NCBI GenBank assembly: GCA_951406725.2
Contig: OX597817.1
Location: 114,700,001-114,764,000 of the forward strand
Length of the DNA stretch: 64,000 nucleotides
Direction of reading: 5' to 3'
From: Octopus vulgaris
Taxonomy: Eukaryota
The translations under genes were made by a program, and so were the position numbers. Of this stretch, positions 1 to 12,039 are shown in pieces. Positions within the stretch are counted from its first letter, which is position 1; each line of letters opens with the position of its first letter. Under the pieces are notes generated by a model. That model saw only the letters and a program-made list of their open reading frames with translations, made no database searches and was not told the DNA's origin.

Positions 1-10
1 ATATATACAA

Positions 11-160
11 CAGGCTTCTTTCAGTTTCCATCTACCAAATCCGCTCGCAAGGCTTTGGTCAGCCTAAAATGATAGTAGAAGACACTTGCGCAAGATGCCA
101 CACAGTGGGACTGAACCTGGAACCATGTGGTTGGGAAGCTGGCTTCTTACCACACAACCA
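11..160 (-). mobile_element. SINE family A (tRNA-derived head, CORE-like block), 5' half
   Basis: Reverse complement of the head seen at 19181 and 41305 (GTGTGGTAAG..GGTTCAGTCCCACTG..CTTGCGCAAGTGTCTT..GGATTTGGTAGATGGAAACTGAAAGAAGCC). Confidence 0.85.
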
Positions 161-166
161 CTATAT

Positions 167-741
167 AATTAATAGAGGTCTCAAAAGTGACAGAGGGTTC
201 TGACTAGTATCGCTTTTGCTAAAGATAAGGGTTAAACTAACTCAAAAGCCACAAAATCCCTGTCTTAATGACTGACATTAAGACAGTAATTATGTGGCTT
301 TTGAGTTAATTTAAATCTTATCTTTAGCAAAGCAGTGTTAGTCAGTACTCTCTGTCATTTTTGTGACCTCTATTAATTTTGCCTTTAGGTTCCAATTGCT
401 AATAAGCCACTCTTTTTAATTTGTTTACACTTTTACTGTTTTGAAAATCAGCACACATTATCTATGGTTTTCTTATAAGTTGAGTTTAACTCTAGGTGTT
501 AAGAGCCGCTGATGAGGATTAAGATGGTCTACATCAAAATTGGAAATCGCGGTCCAGCATTATATGAGGGGGATTTACCTCCCTTTGTCAGTCATTAAGA
601 CAGTGATTTTGTGGCTCTCGAGTTAGTTTACCTATCATCTTTAGTAAAAGCAGTGTTAGTCAGTACCCTCTGTCATTTTTGTGACCTCTATTAATGTTGC
701 CTTTTGGTTCTAATTGCTAATAAGCCTCCCTTTTTAATTTG

Positions 742-743
<2 letters not shown>
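167..743 (+). mobile_element. Penelope-pLTR/retrozyme-like non-autonomous element with inverted plus direct repeats
   Basis: Segment 277-424 recurs directly at 587-743 (period about 317 bp) and as an inverted copy at 167-276. A hammerhead-like core lies between the direct copies, and the element ends in (TA)n. Confidence 0.7.
505..558 (+). ncRNA. Degenerate type I hammerhead ribozyme-like motif
   Basis: GCCG-CTGATGA-GGATT AA GATG GTCTA CATC AA AATTG-GAAA-TCGCGG-TC-CAGC. Core boxes intact; one mismatch in stem I and a mismatch at the base of stem II. Confidence 0.6.
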
Positions 744-790
<47 letters not shown>

Positions 791-793
<3 letters not shown>

Positions 794-990
794 AAAATAA
801 TATGTGACAATTATTCGGCAGCCAAGATAAAACTGAGTTTCGGATGCCGAGGTGGAAATCCACACCACCATCTCTTCGGTTATCTGTCCATCTTATGCAT
901 GAAAGAACATATTATTTTACAGATAAATTTCCTCGATTTACATAATATTGAGGTCTCTGTCTTTCTTTCTTTTGTTATCTTACCGTTTTA

Positions 991-993
<3 letters not shown>
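791..993 (-). mobile_element. Short hammerhead-bearing element embedded between two (TA)n tracts
   Basis: About 200 bp of CpG-retaining complex sequence flanked by (TA)n at 743-791 and 994-1030; carries the motif at 825-885. Confidence 0.6.
825..885 (-). ncRNA. Hammerhead ribozyme-like motif (CCGAAGA core variant)
   Basis: Minus strand: AGATAA-CCGAAGA-GATG..GTGG ATTT CCAC..CATC C-GAAA-CTCAG-TT-TTATCT. Perfect 6-bp stem I, extended stem II, minimal stem III. Confidence 0.6.
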
Positions 994-1035
<42 letters not shown>

Positions 1036-1200
1036 AGGTGCAGGAGTGGCTGTATGGTAAGTAGCTTGCTTACCAACTACATGGTTCTGAGTTTAGTTCC
1101 ACTGCATGGTACCTTGTGCATGTGTCTTCTACTATACCACCTTTCAAAGTGGTCCCACAGCATTGCTGCTGTCAATGAATGAAATAAGTAAAAGATAAAA
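1036..1200 (+). mobile_element. SINE family A, internally deleted copy
   Basis: GGTGCAGGAGTGGCTGTATGGTAAGTAGCTTGCTTACCAAC head joined to a degenerate tail (CAGCATTGCTGC..GAAATAAGTAAAAGATAAAA). Confidence 0.75.
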
Positions 1201-1734
1201 AATAAATTGATACTTTATTCTATGAGCTTTCCATTTCTTTTTTTTTGGGGGGGGGGGGTTGAAAGAGGTTATGTCATGCAGCACCTCATTATCTATACAA
1301 GAAGCTGTGTACACAGATTAAATACTTACAGTAGGAGGCTTCAGCAACTTGTTCTTTCATATTGATGCATAAGTTTATTTTTAGGCATCACTTCTTTAAA
1401 GTAATGCTAAAATATAAGCTTTTGTATAAATCTGAAACACAAATGAAAATCTGCTTAGTTCAGCATTTGCTTAAAATTTGCTTTATCTCATCTGGCATGG
1501 GCAGTCATTTTCAAGAAGTGGGCTGCATGAGATATAGCTCGTCATCAGGCAGACAGTATTACTAAAAAATGCATATATTTAAAAAATTTTTGACAGGCAT
1601 GTCATTTAGAAAGCTCTGTGGGCCTATGCCTGATCTGCATTGAAAAGATAAACACATGGAAAATCATTCATTGTCATGTGTGCAGTAATATTCATTATTT
1701 GTGCATGTGTTATGTGTTTCATTGCTATTCTTTA

Positions 1735-1925
1735 AGTCCAGGTTGGTCCTGATCAAACAGATCTATGATGGAAAGGTATTCCAGCCTTGACAATCTTGTC
1801 TGTTTAGGGATATATAGAACTACATTATTTAATGTGATGCTGTCTCATATAAAAGGGTAGGATATGAAATGAGGTAGATTTGGCTGTTATTTTTTGCTGG
1901 TCAAGTAACCATATAGTGGCTCTCT
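1735..1925 (+). repeat. Unclassified dispersed repeat
   Basis: Block GATTTGGCTG(C/T)TATTT(C/T)TAGCAGGTCAAG.. recurs at about 29100-29170 and 56350-56560, and as three reverse-strand partial copies at 59155-59640. Confidence 0.6.
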
Positions 1926-2185
1926 TAAAGAGGCACTGAATACTGAAACAAAGTTAACTGTTCATCTAATTCCTGTTTGTTACATACAAACACCTAGTTT
2001 TCTTGTATATTTTAGTCCTTATTCTGTATCTTTGAAGGCAAACAACATAATTTTTACAGTATCAGACAAAAAGCTTCAGAGTATTTAGCTGAAATCTCGC
2101 CAGGGTCAAGTTTGCTTTTTATCCTTTCAAGGTGGCTAATATAAAGTATCACTCAAATACTGGGATCAATTTAATCAACTGTACC

Positions 2186-2575
2186 CAATGCTGGATTTGA
2201 AGTCAGAAAGGCTCTAAGCTTATAATAAAGCTTAGAGCCCTATTGTTAAAAAAATTGTGCACCAGTTCTCACAAAAACTGAAAACATATGTTCTTAATTA
2301 TTTTGCGGCCCCTGTAAATTGTGAGACATTAATCCTTTAGCATTTAAACCGGCCATATCTAGCCCAAATATTCTACCTTTTTTATCTACAGACTGGTCAG
2401 ATTTGGCCTCTCACTACAAACTTATGATGCTATTTACATTATTGAAATCTCAAAGCTTTGAGATAATGCATTCAAAACAATGTGATTAAAAAAAAAGCAT
2501 AACAATTAGACAAAATAATCTGGATTCTAAAGGATTAAGATGTAGCTTATTTAACTTGTGCCTAAATCTGGCAGT
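2186..2575. mobile_element. PIF/Harbinger-like MITE relic hosting a nested piggyBac MITE
   Basis: Ends AATGCTGGATTT and AAATCTGGCAGT are CpG-decayed versions of a GCCGGATTT inverted repeat. Internal GCGGCCCC motif and a 12-bp hairpin at 2210-2239. It interrupts a SINE B copy (2080-2185 resumes near 2576). Confidence 0.5.
2329..2538 (+). mobile_element. piggyBac-type MITE (about 210-230 bp)
   Basis: TTAA at both ends, TIR (T/C)CCTTTAGCATT..AAT(G/T)CTAAAGG, six related copies in the window. Confidence 0.8.
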
Positions 2576-2709
2576 TTTGCCTCCCAAATTTGAAGCCATA
2601 CGACTATGTTAAAAATTGATATTTCTATATCATCTTTTTTTTAATGATACACTCGCAGGTTGCTTTTACCATTCTTTTTCTTGCAGCATTGAGAGAAACC
2701 TCTAAGAAA

Positions 2710-3156
2710 GGTTTCAAATTTTGGCATAGGGCGAGCAAATTCAGGGGAGGGGATAAGTCTATAACATTGACCCCAATAAGTACATTGGTATTTATATTTT
2801 AAACCCTGAAAGGACAAAAGGCAAAGTTGATCCCAGTGGAATTTGAACTCAGAATATAAAGACATGAAATACCACTAAGCATTTTGCACAGCATGCTAAT
2901 GATTCTGTGAGCTCGCCGCCTTCAGAGAAACCTCTAATAATAATTTTAAATTTTGGCACAATGCTAGTAATTTCGTGGGAGGGGGTAAGTCAATTGCATC
3001 AACTCCAGTGCTCAACTGGTATTTATTTTATTGACCCTGAAAAGATAAAAGGCAAAAATTGACCTTGGTGGAATTTGAACTCAAAGCACAAAGACAGCTG
3101 TAATACCACTAAGCATTTTGCCTAGTGTGCAAATGAGCCTACCCACTTGCCACCTT
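2710..3156 (-). mobile_element. SINE family B, two head-to-tail copies
   Basis: Reverse complement of GGCGGCGAGCT..GAGTTCAAATTCC (B-box)..GCCTTT..CCTTTCAGGG..AAGTACC..GGGGTCAATG; copies at 2710-2922 and 2945-3156. Confidence 0.85.
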
Positions 3157-3894
3157 AGAAACCTCTAATAATAAAGATCAAAACATATGATAGATTCAGA
3201 AGGAGAAACTGAACAGATTAAACATTAGCAGTGTGAGATGTTTTGTCAGGTTTATAAACTTAAATTATCTCCAGTTACCTCATACCAAACAACACTAAAC
3301 AAAGCTGTATTATGTAAGCAATGCTAGAAGTTTAGTGGTCACTGCCAAAGATCGATGCAACAGATGTGATCTGGGGTTGATAACCTCATCCAAAATGCTA
3401 CTGATACTTTTATATTTTATCCATCCAACAAAAAGCAATAAACAGAAAAACTGGACCAAAACCAAAAACTTCATGGGATTTGAACATAAATATATTTGAG
3501 AGCTATCATTTTAGGAATGTTACTAGAGTAATTGAGAAACCTTTCTCTAATCATCATCATCACCATTATCAACTCCTATCATCATCATCCTCACAACTAC
3601 CCACCACTACCCACCACCACCACCACCACCACCACCATCATCGATTTTACACAAGCTTTTCTATTTTAATATTTGCATTTTCAATTTTACAACTGCTTTC
3701 CCGTTTTTCTATCCACTTTCCCATGGGTTTGGCAGGAATTAAGGAATTAAGGCAATGAAGTATGGCTGGATGCTTTTCCTGAAAGCAAGCCTTTTAGTTA
3801 TCTTTTACAATATATATACCTAATCTAAAAGTGGGACAAATGTATTTATGTATGTAGGTATATAGATATATTATTAGATTTTTAAAATATATAG

Positions 3895-4608
3895 CTAAAG
3901 TGGAATGAAGTTGTACAAGAGGGGGACCCAGAAAGACATGGGTTGAAGTATTGAAGGACAATCTCCAAACTTTGAGCCTTGTGAAGGTGATGACAAAGGA
4001 CCAAGATATATAGTGCATTGCTATACTGAAGAAGACCTTTCTACCACAAAAGAATTGATGTCCTGAAAGCAAGGTGCCACATAAAAAAATCATTGATGCT
4101 GGTGCCACGTAAAATAGTACTGGTGCTGATGCCATGTAAAAAAGCCCCAGTGCTGGTACCACATAAAAAGTGATGGTGCCACATAAAAAGTATTGGTGAT
4201 GGTGCCACCTAAAAAGTACTGGTGATGGTGTCACATAAAATACACTGGTGATGGTGCCATGTAAAAAGCACTGGTGTTGATGCCATGTAAAAAAGTACTG
4301 TTGATGCCACATAAAAAAGCACTTGTGATGGTGTAACATAAAAAGCTCTGGTGCTGGTGCCACATAAAAACACTGGTAGTGGTGCCACATAAAAAGCACT
4401 GGTGTTGGTGCCACCTTAAAAGCACTGGTGATGATGCCAGGTAAAAAGCACCCAGTACACTATGTAAAGTAGTTGGTATTAGGAAAGGCATCCAGCTCTA
4501 GAAATCAAGCAAAAAACCGACTATGGAACCTGTTGCAAACCCTGGCCGTACCAGCTCCTGTCAAGCCATTCAACATATGCCAACACTGATGATAATCATG
4601 ATGATGAT
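3895..4608 (+). mobile_element. RTE-clade LINE 3' end (ORF C-terminus, 3'UTR and (GAT)n tail)
   Basis: Translates as KVE*SCTRGGPRKTWVEVLKDNLQTLSLVKVMTKDQD (RTE-type GRPRKTW motif), then a tandem array, then the GAAAGGCATCCAGC tail ending in GATGATGAT. Confidence 0.8.
4073..4452 (+). repeat. Minisatellite, about 15 x 26 bp, within the RTE 3'UTR
   Basis: Consensus GGTGCCACATAAAAAGCACTGGTG(A/C)T repeated directly with no unique spacers. Confidence 0.9.
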
Positions 4609-5354
4609 AGCTTTGTTGGTTGGTATGTAAATTGGTGTGTACATCAGCAAATATAGTGAAAGACAGACAGACAAATAGATTGATAGATAAATGACTGACA
4701 CTGTAACACAGTTTTAACCTGTGGAATACCTCTATCAGATAGTTAGAGATAGAGATACACTTATAAATATATGAGATTAACATTATATTTTGAAATGGAC
4801 ATTTAAAAATAATATATCAACATATTTTTTATTATCTACACTTTGATCAAAATATAGAGCAGATGTAAATATGAAAAAATATGCCATTTCCTTAAGATGA
4901 GGTTAATAATACAAAAACTTCATATTAGCAGTAACTCATCTTAAAACATTTATGTAAATATAGATAAGCAGTTAGATTAGGATCATAGATAAATAGGAAT
5001 ATGAGTCAAGTAATGACAAATTTGAAAGACATAAATTTTTGAACCTGGTAGTTTTGCTATGGAAGGAAGCTATTTTAATATAATTAAAGACTCGGTTTGA
5101 ATTAAATCTGAAAATGTCTTCTACAGTTCAAATATACATTAATATTTTTTTTTCCATTAGCTGAATTTGTGTTGCCATAGTAGTTGGTGGTATGTCATCT
5201 ATGTTTTGTTAGAGAATGAATATTTTATTGTAGCACAAAAGTTTGTCAGCAGCATCAGCATATATATTGAGGTGGTGCATGGAATGTAGTTTTGTGCCAT
5301 CATATTCTTTCTTCATATGACTGCCAGAATGTAACTATGAATACATTTAGAATT

Positions 5355-5585
5355 AGGCATCGAGTTGGCAGAAACATTAGCACGTCAGGCGAGATGCTTA
5401 GTAGTATTTCATCTGCCGTTACGTTCTGAGTTCAAATTCCGCCGAGGTCGACTTTGCCTTTCATCCTTTCGGGGTTGATAAATTAAGTACCAGTTACGCA
5501 CTGGGGTCGATGAAATCGACTTAATCCCCTTGTCTGTCCTTGTTTGTCCCCTCTGTGTGTAGCCCCTTGTGGGCAGTAAAGAAAG
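5355..5585 (+). mobile_element. SINE family B, near full length
   Basis: GGCATCGAGTTGGCAGAAACATTAGC..GAGTTCAAATTCCGCC..GCCTTTCATCCTTTCGGGG..AAGTACCAG..TAGCCCCTTGTGGGCAGTAAAGAAA. Confidence 0.9.
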
Positions 5586-6072
5586 CAGAATTAAAATTCA
5601 GAGATCTCTTAAGATTATATGCAACTGAAAAATTTTCATTATGCTTTTTGGTAGTTTTATGCAAGTTTTTACTGCATCACAAAATGTACCCCTATGTTTT
5701 TGAAATGTATACAGCATGTCAGTTTCTGGGAGCTGTAAACCTATGTTAGTATATTAAATCAGTTTTGCTTTGCTATGGGGTTTGGCTTCTTGTTTCTGGT
5801 GCTGTTTTAGTGTTTCCTTTGTTGTCTAAAATATATACTCTGTTTGTTTCATTATTTTATGGGCTGGTGAATGTTTCATATGTGCTATGTGATTGGAATT
5901 TTGTGTTTTAGTGCCAGATTGTTATGTGATATGTGTTGCAATTATTTTATTGTGTGATTGTTGTACACAGATGGTGTGTTCTTTGAGTTATACTATTAAA
6001 GTGAAACTTTCTTACACAGTATGTGAGTTGTACCTAGTAGAGCTACATACTATTATTATGATTATTATTATT

Positions 6073-6311
6073 GAGTGAGAGAACAGTGCATGCAATCACA
6101 GTGACACAAGTAAAAATATATGAAGCCCTGTATACCCATCAAGACTACCTGTCTGATAAAGGTACCCCAGGTACATGCATCACAACGATATGTGCATAAC
6201 ATAGTGATCTCATTACAAGATATCAAGATATTATGGTTGTGATGCTTATTTTTCGAGCACCATCTGGAGTATTTGAGCGGTTCTAAGCAGTACTGTTTTC
6301 TGCAAGTGCTC

Positions 6312-6362
<51 letters not shown>

Positions 6363-6912
6363 GGAGTGAGAGAGCAGTGCATGCTATCAAAGTGACACTG
6401 GGGTAAAATATATGAAGCTCAGTATACCCAGCATGACTACCCGTCTGATAAGGGTACACGAGGCACATACATCACAATTATATTGTGTGCGACATGGTGA
6501 TCTCATATCAAGATAAACAGCACATGACATTGCAGGTGGGGCCCAGTTAGAATTTTCTTCTGGTCGGGTAACCCATCCCACTCAAAAGGTCCCTGAATAA
6601 GGGTTGTTTAAGGATGTTGAACGAAACACCCATGTTTCCAGAAGTGAATTATTCAAACCCCAAAGAATCCCTCTCAACACATGGCTATGATGCTCCCCCA
6701 CTACTTCTGCTCGTGATCAGAGATGCACATATCATCAGCCACTAAGGGACATGGTCAACTGGTTAAGGTCAAACAACTGACAAGCACGTCTGTGGTATTG
6801 AGCAGAATATTTGCAGTATCCCATTTTTTATACCAAGACAAAACAATGTACATGATAACACTTCCAATCAGTTAAGATTGGAAGCCGCGAGAGCCACTGC
6901 CTGGTACTGCAT
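6073..6912 (-). mobile_element. (TAA)n-associated retroelement 3' ends (two copies) with an R4/Dong-type ORF stub
   Basis: 6073-6235 and 6362-6912 share the terminus ..GCATGCACTG(C/T)TCTCTCACTC followed by (AAT)n. 6246-6311 (-) reads EHLQKTVLLRTAQILQMVLEK*, matching the R4/Dong C-terminal LQKxxLLGTAxILR motif. Confidence 0.65.
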
Positions 6913-6918
6913 CAATTA

Positions 6919-6956
<38 letters not shown>

Positions 6957-6971
6957 TTTATTATTATTATT

Positions 6972-7160
6972 AAGATAGCAAGCTGGCCAAACTGTTGGCA
7001 TACCAAACAAAATGTTTTTTGACATTTCATCTGTCCTATGCTCTGAGCTCAAATTCCGCTGAGGTTGACTTTGCTTTTCATCCTTTCAGTGATAATGAAA
7101 TAAGTACTAGTCAAGTACTGAGGTTGATGTAATAGACTCCCTCCCCACCTCAAAAACTAC
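6972..7160 (+). mobile_element. SINE family B, degenerate
   Basis: GAGCTCAAATTCCGCTGAGGTTGACTTTGCTTTTCATCCTTTC..AAGTACTAG. Confidence 0.8.
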
Positions 7161-7194
7161 TAGCATGATGCTAATTATCATCCCACCTTTTATC

Positions 7195-7520
7195 CACACA
7201 CTGTATTTCAGGTTCAGTCCTACTGTGTGACACCTTGGGCGAGTGTACCTTGCTATAGCATTGGGCTGACCAAAGCCTTGTGAGTGGATTTGGTTGACAG
7301 AAATTAAAGAAGCCTGCCATGTACATACATACATACATACATACATACACACACACATGCATATATGCCTTTTTGTTTGTGTTTGTCTCCATCACTGCTT
7401 GACAACTGGTGTTGGTGTGTTTATGTCCTTGTAACTTAGCAGTTTGGCAAAAAAGACTGATAGAATAAGTACCAGGTTGAAGTCTAATGACTGAAACAAG
7501 CAAATAAAAGATAAAAGATA
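7195..7520 (+). mobile_element. SINE family A
   Basis: GGTTCAGTCC..CACCTTGGGCGAGTG..GACCAAAGCCTTGTGAGTGGATTTGG, internal (CATA)n, tail GACTGAAACAAG..AAAAGATAAAAG. Confidence 0.85.
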
Positions 7521-7939
7521 AAATACAATCTGTAAGTAGAACAGTAAAAATATGCAAGACTTTCTTAAAGTTTGAAATGTAACAATTGTTGTTATCCAAA
7601 TTCTAATGATGAAGATTTTGTTTCTTTGACAGAAAGCAGCTCCCTCATTCTATAGGAATTCTAATAAATGAAAAGAAGAAAGAGCATAAATACAGTCTTG
7701 TTAACTTACCTACTCACTCTTCCTGATCCACTGTCCATATAGTTTCTCTTATATTAATTTTCTTGTAACTTGAGGGTGTATTCTGACACCTCATCACCAC
7801 CATTTTTTGCTCTGACCAGCTGGTGTAGTCAACTATCTCCTCTACAGCAAGGTACATGTTTCTGTCTCTCAGTACTACACCCCAGCTCAGTTTAGAAGGT
7901 CTTGTCTTGCGAGTTATTTGGTGATCTCCCAAGTAATGG

Positions 7940-8115
7940 TGCCATGATGAAAGTACCCAGTACATTGTCTAAAGTGTTAGGAAGGGGCATCTAAACATAG
8001 AAACCATACCAAAGCAGATCTAGGAGCTTGGTGCTGTTGTCTTACACCCTGGAGCCTGTTGAACCATCCAACTCATGCCAACAGGAAAACAGATGTTAAA
8101 TGGGAATGATGATGT
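7940..8115 (+). mobile_element. RTE LINE 3' tail, degenerate
   Basis: GTTAGGAAGGGGCATCTAAACATAGAAACC..CCATCCAACTCATGCC..GATGATG; followed by (AG)n at 8118-8200. Confidence 0.7.
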
Positions 8116-8137
8116 ATAGAGAAAGAGGGAGAGAGAA

Positions 8138-8203
<66 letters not shown>

Positions 8204-8982
8204 TGAAGCTAGCTAGGAGTGAAGCTAGCTCAGTGAATAGAAGTAGAGGATTATTATGATAATGTAGGTTGAGAATGTGTGATGTGTGGGGTCCTTGACA
8301 CCAAACAGCTCATACCTAAAGAGAAGCAGGAGGCAGGGCAGTAAATCACATGAAATCATTGGTATTCAGCGGAAATCACGAAATTGAAAATGGCTCTAGA
8401 TTATTAAGGATAGAAGTGGATTCACGCTACATTAACAAACAGATTTATAATGTTTGAAGATTAGGACTTGATCCATGAGGATGAAAGATAGAGACTCTAG
8501 GGAGTAAAGGCTGAATTGAAATAAATTATGTATGGTATGCCATCTTGATTATGAGAAAAGCTTGTTAATGGAAGTGAGGAGGGTATCGCTAGTAGAAACT
8601 GCGGGGAAAGTATTCATTACCACATAAGTTAGAATGGATGTATATATGTTACCAGCTGAGACATTCATATGTATCTTACTTTCCAATGTTGTGTGGTATA
8701 AGTTATGCCAATACTTCTCAGTGTCAAACAACTTTGTGAAGAAAAAAGTATCAGTAGGTGGCTATTAATACTTAAAGTTTCAGGCCAACTAGTGTCAGAC
8801 AAATATGTTAACTGAAGCATTGTTTTATAGCTGGATACCTTTCCTGTCACTGAACAATATCTGTTTATATATCTATGTGTGTGTATATGTGTGTGTGTAT
8901 ATGTGTGTGTGTATATATATGCATATATGTGTGTTTATGCATGTATATAGATATGTGTGTGTATATATTATATGTGCATGAG

Positions 8983-9026
<44 letters not shown>

Positions 9027-9545
9027 TATATATAGAGAAGAAAAGTAAAAAAAAAGAAATAAAAATTGCACACTAAGTATAAAAGCAAATGCTTTTTTTT
9101 TTAATATAAAAACAAAGATTTATACATGCAAATAAATGATTTGAAGAGGAATTAAGAAGTATAAAAATTATTGAAACCTGTTTCTATTACACACAGACTC
9201 CCCCCCACACACACACATACACACATGTATGTATATGTGTGTGCATATGTGAATGTGTTTGTGTGTATTTGTCTTAATATTTTACATGAGATTCACATTA
9301 CTGGTTCTTAGAAATGAGAGAAAAGCTCTTGATTGCTCAGATACATGCTTCTGAATGCCAAGATATTCACAACATCTAGGTATGTGTTATGCTCACTTCT
9401 GCCAAACTTCAAGTAATGTACCTCTGAGTCAAATAGTTAATACAGGTGGTTATAAATTCTATAAGCATTTTGAATGGTCTTTTCTTTCATTTGCACATAT
9501 TTCTCCTTATCTTCAGTCTCTGCTCTCTATATTTATATATGTGTA

Positions 9546-9613
<68 letters not shown>

Positions 9614-10016
9614 AATTTATATATATTCACACACACAATGTAGAGAAATAGATAGAGAGTAACAAAAGCATTTTGAAAATATATTGCAATAATTTATTCA
9701 GTATATACACACACGCATACACAGATGTTTATATATATATATATATATATGGGTGTGCATGTATGTTTGTATGTTTACTATCAGTAGTAGTAGCAGCAGC
9801 AGTAGCAATAGTAATGGTAGTAGCTGTGCATGTTTGAGTGACAGTAGTAGTGGTGGTATAAAATCTTATGTTGCTTCTTTATATTGTTCTGTACCGTTAT
9901 CTAACTGCTTAACTTCAAGAAATCTCAGTGCACCTGCTGAATTTGATTTCAGAAACAACCATAATATGCTTGCCCAAACATACATATATACATTGCTTAC
10001 TGTTACCACACTCACG

Positions 10017-10047
<31 letters not shown>

Positions 10048-10080
10048 ATATATATTTGTATGTATGTATATATATGTGTG

Positions 10081-10122
<42 letters not shown>

Positions 10123-12039
10123 AACACTTATTCATTTATGTATATACTACATATATATGTATATGCGCATCTGTGTATAGTATCAGTAACCTAAACCATT
10201 CAGATATGCATTCTATCCTTCATGATTCTATAATTTACACAATCTAATATATAGAGAAGGAAATATCCTGGTGATGCTGACATATCAGTCATTCATCTCC
10301 TCCAACTATAATGATGCTTGCTTCTCCATTTGACATTTTTAAGGGCAAAGGAAAAAAGAAGATGATTTATTTTTAAATTTCATTTTATGTTTCACAAAGC
10401 TATTGCGAACAGAAAGAAAAATTGGAGGGAAAAAAAAACAAACAAACATGATGGTAAAAGAGAGGAAAAAAAAAGTTTCATGAGAAATCAAATTTGCAGG
10501 CAAAAATATAATAAATAAATATATAAAATGTTTACATCAAACTCTGAGAAAGGAAGAAAAAAAAATTTAATATGTGTCTTGTTTCATAGATTTCTTCTGA
10601 TTTTGGTGATTTATTTCTAGTATGTCTATCAGAATATCTGAAGAAATTAAATGGTAGGGGGAAAAAATAAACAATCAGCTATAAGTAACAATGTCATATA
10701 CATACATATATGTATGCATGTGTGTATATATAGATATATCTATATATACACATATATATAAATATATGTGCGCATTTACGTATATGAATGGGTATACATA
10801 TACAACCACATTTATTTTCACCACATGAAGTTTTATAGGTAAAAGATTTTTATTGGCATATTTACTCAAAATTTAGGGATACCGACTCTAAATGTTAATA
10901 ATAAAGTTGGGGGTTTTTTGCTGATTTTTTAAACTTTCTCTCCCCACCTTTTTCTTTTGGGGTGGTGATGGTGGTTGATATTTATTTTCCCTATCTCACT
11001 TGCTTTTCTCTCCACCCTGTGTCTGTCTATACATCTCTCTCTATCTCTCTCTCTCTCTCTCTCTGTGCATGCCTCTCTCTCTTGTTGAGTATGTTTATTC
11101 TCAGTAACGAAACAGCGAAACTGTCAGATATATTTTTCATCATTTTAACACTTGAGTATATTCTTCCTGTTTTCCAAATGAATTTTTCTAGCAAATTTGC
11201 CAACTAAAATTTTCATTTGCTTCTTGCTTATTTATTCTTTAATATACATTTTCTTTTTTCCTTATCATTTTATTTAAAAAAAAAAAAATTTTTCGCTGCA
11301 ACCATTTTAATAATTACCGAGAAGCAACGGAGATGATGAAAGCAAAGATTTGAGTAAAGATTCCAACACTTAGCTGCCAAATAAAATCCTGCTTATCTTC
11401 AAATTTGTAGTATTACATAGAATTGGTAAAAAAAAATAAAAAAAAAGAAATAAGTGTTTTATAAATTTTTCTGAGATATTTTTGTTCTTTATTTTTTGCA
11501 AGGAAGGGAGTGGAGGGTTGTGGTGGCAATGATAGAGGTAACATTTTCTTTCATTTCAATTTAACAATTTAACGTTAATGTAGATAGCTTTCATATACTT
11601 CAAGAATACCTATGCATATTACATTCATAAATACATGCATTTGTACATTTCTGTATATTCATATGCATATAAATTCAGTCTCATTCACTATATATATATG
11701 TGCATGCAAGCATTCATTAATTCATTCATGCATACATAGATATATACATAAATATATACATGTATACACATATGCTCACTCACACATACATGCATATATG
11801 AAGATTTGTTGACATTTCCTGTCAACAAATTGTGCTTTCTCAGTGCTTTTGAATTCCTCTGGACTAAAATATCCTTTACTTGAAAAACAGATAATGGTTG
11901 GCGAGAGGAAGAGCATCCAGTCATAAAAATCCTGCCTCACTTGTTTTGCACAGAAAATTAAATGTTGAATGAAATGAGCAAACACTATATAAATATAATC
12001 TTTATGTGTGTGGGTATGCATGTATATATATAATCCTTT

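Noticed and set aside
4073-4452. CRISPR-like appearance of the 26-bp array
   Set aside because: Units are contiguous and degenerate with no unique spacers, they lie in a LINE 3'UTR, the context is eukaryotic and there are no cas genes.
8340-8800. Possible LINE coding relic
   Set aside because: Translations gave no motif I could recognise with confidence.
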